Shown: piece after piece, positions 1-13,356 of the stretch | Numbering within the stretch: the first letter of the stretch is position 1 | Layout: every line of letters begins with the position of its first letter | Source of the DNA: Ophelia neglecta | Taxonomy: Eukaryota | Assembly (NCBI GenBank): GCA_965285935.1 | Contig: OZ260664.1 | Coordinates: 12,028,001 to 12,092,000, forward strand | DNA: 64,000 nt | Reading direction: 5' to 3' | Made by a program: the position numbers and the translations under genes | Notes under the pieces: model-generated | Seen by the model: the letters and a program-made list of their open reading frames with translations, nothing else | What the model was told of the DNA's origin: nothing | The model's database searches: none

Positions 1-301
1 GAATAAAGAATAGGCGTCGAGGACTTGTGGAATCGTATAAAGCATTCAGTCGGGTTTAAAGTATAGTCAATATACGAACTTTGACCCTCTTTTTGAATGT
101 TCATGGGGAGGTTCTTTTTGTCATCGCTTTAGCAGGTACGCTTTAAAAAGACTCCAATGGTATTTCGCAAATGCACGTGTCCGAATGAAAGGATAGCTGG
201 TTCCCAAAATAACACCTTATTGCACTATCGATGGGTTTTAATAGTCTTTTCCTACAAAGAATGCAAAGACACTTTACGTCCTACTCTTGACTTTCGCAAA
301 A

Positions 302-482
302 TAAGTGAAACCTGTGAATTAGGACCACCACAGAGACTGGAAAATACTGGTCTGATTTCAGAGGTGGTCTGTTTAGACAGGTTATTTAACATTGAAAATA
401 TACAGCACATCCCTCATGTTAGTGCTCTGAATTGACAGGTGGTCTGCTTATGGAGGTGGTCTTTAAGGCAGGTTTTACTGTA
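302..482 (-). mobile_element. TA-flanked MITE (Tc1/mariner-pogo-type termini), family M copy 1
   Basis: Ends TAAGTGAAACCTG ... CAGGTTTTACTGTA form terminal inverted repeats. Internal GACCAC/GTGGTC motifs are reiterated. The reverse complement aligns with 27390-27552 and 33575-33756. Confidence 0.85.
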
Positions 483-503
483 GTGTGAGATCGATGAACA
501 TCG

Positions 504-619
504 TAGACTCTCCTCAGGCATAATTCATCCCTGTCCTACGTTGACCACGAACTCGTTTGTTTTGTGTCGTGACTTGCAATATGCAATATAGAAAACTGGT
601 GATTATTTGTCAAGTGATA
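504..619 (-). repeat. Family R fragment
   Basis: TAGACTCTCC...GTCCTACGTTGACCACGAACTCGTTTGTTTTGTG is the reverse-complement homolog of 15390-15465. Confidence 0.7.
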
Positions 620-3343
620 ACTTTTTCTTTTATTATATGAAGTTTCTCATGTAGACTCCGTTTGAATAATAGACATGTTCCAGCTAATTAACTCACATTG
701 CCAATTCTTTATAAAAACAATTCATGTTTCATTTATACTCAGTCTATTGATTCACTTTTTTTAAAGCAAGCTGCTCCGCGTTGTTTATAATGTGTGCTGT
801 ATTATGGCAGTTGATAATGATTTATCTGTCCCGCAGGGCCGATCAAGGGTAAATGCTGTCAATGATTTATACACTAGGCCGGCGATTAGGGATGATGTCG
901 AGCAAAATATGTATGCTGCATTACTTTTTTTGTGTGATGAAGATTTTTGCCGCTTACGCCCACTAGCTAGTAACGTTTACGAATTAGTCGATTGTACACC
1001 ATTTTTAGTTTAAAGTAAGCTCAACACATTTTCTTAGAGGTACAAACAAACTAATACTTGTTCTTACTTGACTGTAACGTATTCTCTTTAAGGAATTTCT
1101 CAGTGCAGTGTATTTTGATAAAAATCGAATACAGCCATCAGACAAGATATTATTTCATCTACTTGAGCTTCGCAAAGCCCAATTCGGGGTTATATCAGAC
1201 CGTTATTTCCTCAGCCGAGATCTTTAAAATTGTGGTCGCAAATGCGATGACCGAACTCATTGTAGAATCACAAATACATTAATGCCGTTTTAGCGTTAAT
1301 AAAACAATTTGATTTATCATTCCATTAGTTCTATATATATTAGATCAATATCTAAAGCATGAAAATCATGCGGCCCCTAGGCAGGATCCGTGAAATACAC
1401 CCAGTTCCTGGTGATTGTTGGTGAACCTAGTACATGTGGTATGAACAGAGGTGTTCTTAATGTATGGTTTTGGAGCAGCAGCTAAAGATAGTGTTTCCAA
1501 ATGGAATTTGGCTATAGTAAACAGCACGAAGTTCCTATTCAACCAGGTAACATAACAAGAGGACGTCCGCTGCCGCTATGTCACCAGCCATTCAAGGAAA
1601 CAAATCTAGATTCTTAGAGTATAGTCATAATTACTACCCAAATATATTCAATGTAACAAAAATAAAAAACGTCTATATAATACAATACGCTAAACCAAAG
1701 AGTTATACCCTAGGTAAACTTTTCCCATTGATGCAGTTGTTGCCGAAATGGCCAAGTTTGTACATGTGGTTTTAGGTTTTGGACTTGGATTAACTTATTA
1801 CCGATTTGATGAGACCACATTAATCGGTGTTTCCATTAACCAGAATTAGGTCTAAAAACAAAAATAAAGAGCAAATCCAGCTTCCACAGAGTTCGGAGTT
1901 GATAATTAAGACCGCTTTAAAAAACCAATCACGGGAGACCAAACTCAATAGAATCAATTTAATTGCAGAACATGCAAAACTGTTAACTGTTTTACTAATA
2001 GCGCAATCTGCAGCGGGCAAATACTCCTTACTTTTCAGATATTAACAATAAAGTTTTCTCGAGATTGAACTTCTTGTAAATTCGCTAAAATCACCAAATA
2101 CGCACATATGCTACTAGCGAATATTCCCTGTATGCGATGTCCTCGCTTATAGTACGATTCAGATTGGCACAAACTTTATGAACACCAACTGTAGATACAA
2201 AGGAAATATAAATCACAATTAATAACATTGTATATATGGAACAAAATAGAATCGTATGTGGGATAGGCCAGAGAGACACTTACCAACGACATGTACTTGC
2301 GGCCACAGTGAGCTAGGTTAAATTTACCTCTTTTTTAACTTGCCACTGCACATTTGAGTGTAAATCTATATAAAATTGGATAACTCAAATCCCACCACCG
2401 TGGTGTTCTGAGAAGAATAGACTTTTTAATATCCGATGTTGTTCCTTTGTGTTTAATGAACCACATTAAAAGAAAGCACTCGAGTCGTTACATTGCCAGC
2501 TAAACACGAGATACATATTTTTTCCTTTAAATGATTGAGTTCAAATAATTTCAGCAGCAAGGCCGCGGGCGTAGCTGATGGTATTATTATTATTTTACCT
2601 GGCTTCCACAATTCAGTGGGCAGACACATGAACAAACAATAAACCCAATATAGCTTCGGAGACTTTTGTTTTACTACCACTCTACCAGCAGGTACTGTAA
2701 CACAATACCTGGGTAATTGACAACGGTGGCCCTATCCACATTATATTTGTATATTAACCAAATACATTTCAATGATTTCTTTTCGGTAAAAAAAAACCCG
2801 ACTCACTATTTTATTTAGAGCTTAACCTGATTTAAGGGCCTATTTGATACAAATATTGTATACATAAAAGCTCATCTTACGTAAGGACGCCCCCACATAA
2901 ACTGAATATCAGGGAAGTGGACTAGGTACTCTTGTAACATTTCACAAATAAAAATAATAACTCGAAAGAATAGCTCCAACAAGAAAAATAACACTGTAAC
3001 TGAAACGTAATCAAATATGTGATAATGGAACAACTGACGACAAGATACCACGGAGAATTGGCCTATACCGGACTGTTAACAAATGAAGGCGTATGTGTAC
3101 AGATTAGCAGATGGGAATTGAATCAGTGCAAAAAATAGTTATTAGCCCCCCACAGGTATAAGCGTGTTTACCACCTGCCACCAACGGCTAGTTAATGGTG
3201 TAAGCTTTCATTAGACATGTGCTCATGGAGACAATCTCATCGGGTGTCTTACAGTCATCCGGTACACTAGTCCATTGTAGGCCTTTCCAGAGTAAATATA
3301 ATCATCGCCATTCATTGATAACTGACTCAATTGTTCTTTTTAT

Positions 3344-3462
3344 CCATGAATTGTTGACTACTCCTCATTGCAAGTGATCTGCTTTTTTATATTGTCTCAT
3401 TAAGCAGCTCGTATTACCAGGTGCTTCCGTACAGATTTAATAGTCTAGTCTTGATCCATGAT
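3344..3462 (-). repeat. Family R fragment
   Basis: TGTTGACTACTCCTCATTGCAAGTGAT and CCAGGTGCTTCCGTACAGATTTAATAG match the family anchors. Confidence 0.55.
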
Positions 3463-6400
3463 TTTTCTATGAACACCGGGTATAAAATCGGGTTATTTGC
3501 CATGTTCTCGAAGCACATAGTACATGCGCATTTTGTGATGATAGCACGTGTATGACTTGTTCACCTGTGACATTTGTTACATGAAATATATAAGTTGTCT
3601 ACTTTATGACTCAATTCCCATCCATTAATGATATTATTACGTCTATACAACTTTAGATAGCAGTGCGTCACATCAGCAAAATAAACCAATAAATAGGTTG
3701 ACGTTAGTGAAGATAAACGGTGTTTAGGCGTTTGCGGAAATAACAAAAATACACCTTGGATTGCAAAGCGATAACTATTGTGTGAATGGTATGTGCGTTC
3801 CAGGTTTTCCATATGCTCCATATACAATCTTTCAGTTGTCCTGCCCAACATTGGAGTAAATCAGCGGTTTTGATTTGTGGTGTTATGGCCATCAATATTC
3901 CTCGAGCTACTTTCGAATAGGTGCCAGTGGCCGCACGTTTAAGTTTATTTCTTTGACAGAGGATTTAATTTATTTTCGAAATGACACTATAATGCACTTT
4001 TCTACAATATTTGATGATTGATAAACTATTTTATATAGATCTGAGGCAGACAGGCTTTACCCTGAAATAATCAATCAAAAGAGTAGCGACAATATGTCAT
4101 CATCGGGCGGCACCCAGGAATAAGTCGTAGTTGGAATATATATTAGTTAGTATGCGAAATATGATAAAATAAATTGTTTAAACAGTTGCGCTGTTATGAG
4201 CCAAACCAACTCCGAAATGGTAGTCAATAGCCGGCAGACCAAGCAAATATAGTAAGAACATTGGTCCGTAATCATTTTAACTGTCAGTAACATAACAATA
4301 AACACCCATCCCTAGCTACCTAAAGGTAAATAAGTTGGTATTGAAATAAATGAAAAAATTCAAATAGATCCCACTGTTTCATATGCATTTATAATAAGCT
4401 AATGAGGGTATTTGTTTCGCTCAACCTCACCCCATCCGCCAAACCCCTTTTATTCCTTCCCACATATATGCAACTAGGAATACAATTTTAAGAACAGAAA
4501 CTTTTAATGCTCAGTAATATTTTGTCTCGCTGCTCGCAATTACAATTGAAAGAATGGGTAGCGGAATGAAATACACCCCAACTGTCCTTTGCCTGATACT
4601 CATATGCTTCCACCGTGATGTTAATAACGAGTAAACAGCCAACTAGAAGTTTCCTTATAGCGAACTAATTTTTTTTTGGCCACAACGGTTATAGTTTTGC
4701 GTCGCCCTTGGAAATAATCATAATATTTGGGATATGACCCAGGACATTGGTTGGTTATGTTTCCAATGAGGTGCATCGATCTTTAAAACACAACCGAACC
4801 AGAACTGTGAATTACATTCAGTGGCATAGCAAACATAACAAATCTCATGGAAGGGGGGAGACAATTTTCACACATCAAAGTTCAAGTGAATAGCATGGAA
4901 ACTGCATAACCAGCGAAATCTTGTGTGTGGGACAAACAGGAAAGGCGGTCAACTGCAAAATGAAAATTGCTCCCCTCGCAATCTATTTATCGTTCCTGTG
5001 CGTTTTTTCGATACCCCAAAGATAAAAGTATTAACACTACAAACCTATGTATATGCCTTTATGCCTACTCGAATGCATGGCATTCGAAGAAAGTCCATGG
5101 CATGCGCTTGACCGATGAAAGGAAGCTCAAGGGTTAATACAATATCTTAACTCTATTTAACCACATGTCGCCTCTGAGGTCGCTTTCATGTTGCTTTGTT
5201 GATGGAAAATGTTGTTAATTTAGTCCGGACCAAACACTTTCCAAATCAACTGTGAATACCCAAATGCCAGTTTCGAATTATAACAAATTGTATACGCCCC
5301 TTTCCGAGGGCGGGTCCATTCATCTAGATTATGTTAGCCGCGGGAAACCATCACCTTTAGACAACCCCCTTGTGGTTATGATCATAGTCTCCGGACACTG
5401 GCCTACTGCGTTGGCAACATGGAGCATAAAGGTAGTAGCGGCAACAGTGTTAGGAAATATGTTTCAACGCTTCTGTCTTTCTTACGAACGTGCGTCTTTC
5501 AATCAAGAAGGACCGTATCGTTGGCAGTGTTCGAGTGTTAAACAATGGTTTCATTTTTATATTTTTACCTATGCCCCTGTTGTGATTTTGAATTTTTCCG
5601 CTTAGAACTCATATTGACTATGAATACAATATATTTGTATCAATACATGTATTCTCCCTTAATCGAAAGGACAGGCTTGGCTGACCAATCGTGCTCATCT
5701 TCGATTCCTAGTTCTTAAGTTGTATGAGACTAAGCGAAGGCAATACAAACTGCATGCTGTGTGGAAGTTTATTATAGAAACAGTGTGACCATACATGCTG
5801 TGTAAAAATAATTTACAAATAGTAGTTGAAAACAGGCGTTTCCCATTCATGACTTCTCTATAAAAGTTCACTATATGAAACCATTATGTTATACATGTAT
5901 ATGCACTTAATGTAGTACTATATATACAATTTATTTGCAATTTCAAATTGGTTGGTTAAGATATGTTTGACGTGCTATGCTTTACCCTTACCCCATTGTT
6001 TCTCCTTGGCAACGCCTTTATATTTTATAGATAGAAAGTTATCCACTATACCCAGCAAACATAATCAGCCGCATTCCTTAGCGAAATGAAATAACACTTC
6101 CCACAAACAGAGCTTGAAATTTCGACACGTTCTTGGTGCTGAGATAACAGCTAATGTTTTAATTTAGATTGTATGGTGCAATAAGTTGTCTTGGCAACTG
6201 GTTAATATGGTCGTAAAATGTGCCAATATCCCAGCACAGAAAGTTGTTTTCGTTACGGTGTAGCTCAGAATATGGCCAGTATTACTATAAAATATTTAAG
6301 TGATATGAGTAAGCTTATTTCATCCGAGCGAGACCATTTAACGTTGTTCATGAACGTTTTACTATAGATGTTTAGGATAATTCTCTCTTCTCCTATGGTA

Positions 6401-7002
6401 ATACGCCATAGCAATGATTCATCCAGTTGTACTATGTTATTGCGGCGTTATTAAATAATTACAAAAAAAACTGACATCTATTATTTAATCTGTAGTTGTC
6501 GAAACAATTTTATGTCATATTTATGATGACCTTTTTCGCTTGTATACGCTGTAGGGCTTATTTCTTTCCCATTCTTGGTTGGCTACCTATTAGCAGGTAA
6601 CTTTAGACCTATATATATGCAACGTTTATTTTCATGAGGACTTAAACTTTCTTCTCTTAAAAGTCAATTAGCACACTGCAAGATGTGGTTTTATGATCTC
6701 ATGATATTTCATGCATTATGTCCAGTTATCACTAAACCTACTCGCTAAGTTCGCACAGTACTTTATTAACCGACAATGTTTATACTAGCATCCCAAACGA
6801 CAATATTCAACATTTTCAAGGTATTTTATACACACCGTTTTTTACAAAGCAGTTTTTTCATTGACAATACTTTTTTCGTACACATAGTCCATAAATTTTA
6901 CCAAATATGGCGATATGCGCTGGTAAAAACAACCCATCCACAGCTAGTCCGAATTCCCCCAATGCCTACCTGGCTTCACCCACATCCTATAGTTTTCTTA
7001 AA

Positions 7003-7095
7003 CTAAAAATCATTAAACAAGAAAATTCCGTTAAGCTGTTCCGAAATAATAATTGGGAACCCCCAACCACTGGCGCACATACTCCGATCCTCCCA
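7003..7095 (+). repeat. Family R fragment
   Basis: AAAATCATTAAACAAGAAAATTCCGTTAAG...GGAACCCCCAACC. Confidence 0.55.
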
Positions 7096-7967
7096 GTGAA
7101 TAAAGAATGTGGCAGCTGCCGACTGCGAATATATTTCAACATGAATGAACCAATTCAATGCCAAGGGAAATTTGCCTTTAGGCGTGGTTTGACATCTTCA
7201 GATTGTTTAGTGGTCATTTCCGATGAATGCTGAAGTATAAAAATGTGAAATTTTGCCTTCCTAATGCATTTTCCTAGTAAACCTGGGGCAAAACACCGGG
7301 ATATGACGCTTTTTATCGGATATTTCTTTCAATAAAGTAACCTTTTCATGTTTGACGCGGGAGGGCAGGACCATGCGGCCAAATAATAGTCCAGGGGTAT
7401 TACTACAAAATTGATAGCAGTGGCGTTATATCGTTTACAACTATCTAACTTGTGTTAGAATAATGCGTTCAAGGAGTTGAAATAGAGCAATGTAGCAGAA
7501 TTTGATAACTGTATTTATTATGTATTTTGTTGTATTTGAGTTGTCCCTTTCCTGTAAGGATCTCTTTTATGTAAAATGGCCAATATGGGGCAATTGGCAG
7601 AAAAGGTGGAGATAAGGTAATTTCGTCATTTCGGGCGGTATGGCTAAAGCCCTCAGACACGTGGCTTTTGGAAAATCGTTGAAAACATACGAAATAAATT
7701 AAAATCAATCAAAAGAATAAAAATGCATCAGCTACTAATGGGAGTTGAGGACCAAACCTACATTTATCCGCCTGGAAATGTGCTCTTTTTCCGTGGAAAT
7801 ACTTATTGAAGTAAAAATGAATTCATTACAGCATTCTTCTGCCACGTTGTTGAAATCATGGTAACTGTATAGAGCAATGGAATAGCATGTTTAAAGGAGA
7901 CCCATCAATGGTTCAAATTCATCATTAATGAGCAGCGACAGCACCACATGTCTCATACAATGTGATA

Positions 7968-8065
7968 AAACGGCAGTGGATACCTTATAACAAAGCAAGA
8001 TCATTAGCCAAGAATTGTCAAGTAATTTGCTCCGAAATCACCAGGAAACATCCGATGCAGGCCCA
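7968..8065 (+). repeat. Family R terminal fragment
   Basis: AAACGGCAGTGGATACC...ACAAAGCAAGATCATTAGCCAAGAAT...CGAAATCACCAGGAAAC...TGCAGGCCCA. Confidence 0.75.
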
Positions 8066-11000
8066 TTAAAATGAAACCCAAAGTTGATACTTGGTAGACA
8101 AAAATAAATCGTTAATAAATATAGTGCATTAATACGGTCAAAATTCATCAGGAGCCAGCAGCCGCAGGGCCAAAAACATATCCTCATTTCCCTAAAAGTA
8201 AATAGAATTGTAACCGAAATAATCATTAAGTTAACTGGGTGGACGGCAGCCTTTCCTCTGTAGCTCCACGTTCCACCTGCGAGATGAGTAAATAGAATAT
8301 TGCCACCTAAGGTTTGGTAATGGGTGATACTGTATCTAACCTGTGTCCGTCGTTCTTTTATTTTCCAACTCAAAGGAAATTTCTTTCAAACAAAGTATGT
8401 GTTCTCACCACACAGACCAATCCTGTTGTCAGCTCGAGAGATCAATGTTAATGTTGATAAATGACACAGAGAATTTGAACAGGATATTGGTAATAGCAGT
8501 TTTTTTTCTGGTCTATAATCCAGAGTATGATAATACATCACCCATTCTTAACTTTCATCAGATTTATTGATTAGACACGTTGTTTTGTATTCTGTCTGTT
8601 GTTGTTTCTGTTTGTTATTGATAGTCACCTAAAGGCTATAGGACAGGAAACATGATTGCAAACGGGTGGGAACACCTAGGCCCCTATTATTTGAGCCCCA
8701 TCCAGTCACGCCATGCGTAGATTTGAACAGCCTTAAATATGTGTTTGTAATATTGTTGAAAATCGTTCATTTATATTATTAGATAGGTAAATATATATTT
8801 ATATATATATTTATGTGTGTTAGCATATATGACCCGAGCCCATACTGAGTTCCCTAATTCTTAAACCACTCTTGCAGTTTGTTAAACTACTTATAAACAT
8901 TAAATAGCGAGTAATTTCAGCCCACTTCCGCACACAAGAAGGGGAGTAGTGTCCATAGCTCCAAGGATGCAATTTTATATCTATGTGATCAAAACTATCT
9001 TACTTTGATGTCAGCTCGAATGCACGTTTCCTGTCGAGTAGAAACTAGGGTCACTAATATCTGATGAATTCGTGCACGTCTCAAGTGGGTTTTTCAATCA
9101 GCCCCAGCCCTGCAGGTAGCGCCTCAGCCAGGTGTCTTCTCTTGTCTTAATGAACGCCTACTTTTAAGCAGCTGACGTAATTTGATAATAGAAACGATCA
9201 AATGAGGTAGACGTATTGTAAGTTTCAATCGCTTGCCTAGAGTTTCAAATTTGGTGTAACAAGTTAAGTTTGTTTTCATCTTGCAACAAAGCCAAGGATA
9301 TAAAGAGAACACCAATTACCACACGAGTAGCATATTGAGAAGAGAGAAAATGCTTACAGGAAAACACTGTGGTTTATTCTATTCGTTTCAGACATAATCA
9401 ATACTATCCATGATTAACAAAACTTTGTTGGCATTGCAATGGTCCAACTAGGCAATTTCGCCATACCCTGTTTCAAACTCAATTTCTATTATGGTTTGTT
9501 CGTCATTATGTTGTCAGGTTAACAACCCGGTTGTAAGATATATTCCGACAGTGCAAACTAAATCCAAATGTCGATGAGCCAAAAGCCTGTCTGTATACTC
9601 TAGGGTGTTTATTGTATACGAGGCACAAGGGCGTTAACCATCGTTAGTCTGAATGTTTGTGCCTTTTATTCCATTGCACTAGTATTATTATATTTCGTGC
9701 TGTGGGCTTATACATATTTGCTGACTGCACAAAATTTAAATCTATAAAATGACACATCATTCTATAATATTTAGAAACTATCTTACGGGAACTGATACTT
9801 GATATTCTTACCGACCATATAGTAAAAATCCATGAGAACGACAACTCTGCGGGTTTCAGATAACAGCAAATAGCTTTGTTTCTATCTCGTTTACTCAGTA
9901 TTTAGTGTGGCCTACTCGTAAATGCGATATATTGAGTAAAACACAACAAGGCAGTTAGTTTATAAATTGGAATTTAAAGACTGTTTACGACCGACCGGTG
10001 TTCCATTATTTCATAAACAAACCATTTTATTTGTTTTGAGACAATGTCTTCCTGCGTTTCATTGCTGATTATTCCAATACATCATGGTTTCTATTCCCCA
10101 AGTTTGGATAAATAGCCTAGACTTACATTGGCACTGGTCTCACTGGGTTTCTATATATCACTGTAATAGCCACGATTGTAAATCCCCAAAGTTAATGGTC
10201 TTATACATGAACCCAATAGGAAGCTTTGTTCTCATCAAACCACGCTAAACATGTTCTCGATTCATTGGCAGATTTAATCAGAGGAAACTCGCTTTAATTA
10301 CATATGCTGCCCCGTGTGGCAAGGGAAGTTCTAAAAGGGGAGTTGAACCAATGAAGATTGATACTGTTATTAAAATTATGTAATTATTAATAAGTTATAA
10401 TCAGTGCAATCAGGAGGAAATCAAGCATTCACTATTATACACAAAAGTTGAGTTTTATTAAACTGACATTAACAAAGCTGTGAATGAAAAGACCTAATAG
10501 GGATTTAGCAAATAGTGTCTTTGTTCGAAAGTGATCGTTTATGACGTCATCGAACTGATTGCCGGGCAAATCAGGCCGACATAAAAGATTATTTAACGGT
10601 GATGAAATATGACAACTGCCCCATTCCACCTTATACTCTCAATAACAAGTTATGATACTCAAGACACGGACAAATACGTATGAATAGTAGATTTATCAAT
10701 GCTTCTCTCTTAGATGAGCGTTTGCTATATTTTAGCTTCAGAATTATGTTATAGTTAATCCACAATTTTTCGTATATTAACTGACTTTTTCAGAAGAATA
10801 CCCTAAGTCCGAAGTGCTCAGGGTATTTTCGTCCTATGGAAAAGTTATTTTATACACGGAAAAGAGAAGATTTACTGACTTAAAACTTTCCCAGCATACA
10901 AGTGATTTATTTTGTCAGTCAGATGTATTTGGGCCAGCCGATATGATAAGTAGATCATGGTTATTTTGGTATACATTCTTCCAGTTCAAACCGAAGTAGG

Positions 11001-11884
11001 CTGATAAGGGTGCTTAATTCGATGAACAACACAATGACAATGCATTCATTTTCAACGAATTGGTAAATTTATACTATATCTTTTCCTTCTGCATGGCCAA
11101 CTATATATACGTGCCTTGACAGCGAATGGCTATATGCTTTCTTTCTTAACGTTAGGTCTAGATGTAAAATGCCTGTATTTGACTTGGATATTAATTTATC
11201 TGACTAGGAGTTGATAAACTGCGCTCATGATACGAACAGATCTTTGTTAAAAACAATTCCCAGTGTGTCAAAATAAGTTGCCAAGTCTACAAATTGATGA
11301 TATATGTGTGTTTAAGCCTTACTTTTTTGGGCTTTTTTACCAAAGGCTTATCCCACATGCATTCAGGCTTAATCTCCACGTTTTGTTATTTGTGGGCATG
11401 TAATGTTTTATTGTTTTGTTATTTTATGCATGCCCAGGGAGAGGGAGTGAACTTAACAGAAGCCACGTAGTAGACGACTAATGGTTTAACGGCAACTAAT
11501 CGGCAACCTAATCATGAAAATAAATACACCAAATTATTTCCCTAAACAATACTCAAATTGCCTATAACTGGGATTTTCATCAATTACAAATGGAAGATTT
11601 CCGCCCTCGTGCTCGTTCCTCAAGCACCAGTTTAAAACCTGGTATCTACATCAGACGCTCTACGTATGCCCATACACTGGGGTAAATTGGATATGGTAAA
11701 CCTTGTTTTTTATTTAGGTGTTTGGACCCATAATCGGCTGCCTCTGCATACAGACACAATGCAAGTGGTCGAGAAAAAGTAATTAAACGAGATCTATGCT
11801 GGCAAAGAAATTCATATTACGAATTATTGATTATAAACAAGTGATAATCATTCAGTTATAGTCAGCGGTTAATTAGACCGCTTT

Positions 11885-12415
11885 TGTACTTCCATAAAGA
11901 TCAAACAGCGCCATATTGATATCAATGTGACCCGATGGACATGTGTGTGTCAAAGGTAGACCATCGACTTTCTGTTCTAAAGCATAGGTCGATTTTCAAT
12001 TTTCAAAAGGACAGCCATTTAACCTGAGAATACATTAACTAATGCAATCTGCTTGATGTCCTGGTGCATAATCAATATGCGCACTACGAGAGAGGATCCA
12101 GATAATTGGTTTAAAATGATGTATTGCGACACTTGTAAACACCGTTTTCACTTCTATGATTGAGCACCCCTCTCGTTTACAAGCGCTTTGACATATAGTT
12201 TCCGAGGGGTTGCAAGTAGCCATAATTTGGAAGGATTCAGTCCAAAACAAAACAATAGCAAATGGTTTCATAGTCGTTCTATGATTTCAAATCAATCCCT
12301 TATCCTTCGAATATATTTGTAGATTACGAGACGTATTAAACACAGTGTCTAGAAAAAAAACGGTTGTGTATATTCCATATTAAGAATACGGTTCCACCAC
12401 GAGATGTCAAGCCCC
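11885..12415 (-). repeat. Dispersed diverged block B, copy 1 (contains ORF 12035-12271)
   Basis: Collinear with 47058-47565. Shared anchors are GATATCAATGTGA, GGTCGATTTTCAATTT, GATAATTGGTTTAA-ATGATGTATT, TGTAAACACC and CACGAGA-GTCAAG. Confidence 0.8.
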
Positions 12416-12914
12416 TTAACAAAAAGTCAATGCACAGCAGTTTGTCTAAAAACGACAGTCGTGATAATGGTCCATTTTGAGACTTTGAGATTTCCGTGAC
12501 ACTAAATGCCAGATTACTAGTGGGCCGAGTAAATCTGGAATATTTACGGGAAGAAAGTAATATTGTAGCAAATATATTTTCGTATGCTTATTGCAAATCT
12601 GTTAGTCCGCAGTCGAATTTTCATTTCCGATTTAAATTTAACCCACACAGATTTTTAAGCATGACGACCTTATATAGCTTAAGTATTGTTCAGCAGTTGT
12701 ATACTCTTATGGGAGCTGAAGATCCTATCTTAAGTTGGCAAAAGTGCAATTTGTGTGGCAGCAAATCTTTTAATGATATATTTACCAGATATCTACATTG
12801 CCTATTGCAAAAAAGAATCAAAATATCTTGGCTCCTCGAAAAGTGTTAATCATCAAAGGTACATTTTCGTATTCTTTTTATTTCCAGCGTTACGGTGAAA
12901 TTTTCTAGTTCCTA

Positions 12915-13356
12915 TGAAATAGTCCATCCTGATCTTTCGTTTACCACTGCTTCGTGTGTATGGTGATTTGACTCGCGTCAGGGAAACTGTTGATTTTGCC
13001 TCCATGATATCAAGGATTTTCCAGTGATATAAGTTTTTATGTTGTTTTATTTTTTCTTGTATTTGTAGTACAAGTTTATTTACATCTTGAGGGCCAGGGC
13101 TTTGTGTAAGTTGGTATGTGGCTGCTGTTTCCTGGTTATTTATGGCCGCTTTGATGGACTATTCTTAATTAACGTTTCTGCTTTGTCCACTTATGCTTTT
13201 GCAAGCGAAATCAATGTGTTGCGCAATAGCTTTATTAACAATAAGGGATTGATATTTTCTATCAGCAGCTAACGGTTTCCGATAATTTCGGAACTCATTT
13301 TATGGACTCCTCTTGATTCTTGTTTTTGATATTCCTGCCAGGTATCCGATCCCTTT
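12915..13356 (-). repeat. Family R, two adjacent fragments (about 12915-13190 and 13263-13356)
   Basis: First: TGACTCGCGTCAGGGAAACTGTTGA and TTCCTGGTTATTT...TGGACTATTCTTAATTAAC. Second: TTCCGATAATTTCG...CTGCCAGGTATCCGATCCC. Confidence 0.65.

Noticed and set aside
5060-5137. piggyBac-like end AAGGG|TTAA with a nearby 8-bp hairpin
   Set aside because: No matching opposite terminus found; too short to support an element.
9061-9110. Hammerhead ribozyme core (CTGATGA), also at ~14117, ~22665 and ~48463
   Set aside because: No stem II followed by GAAA at any of these sites.
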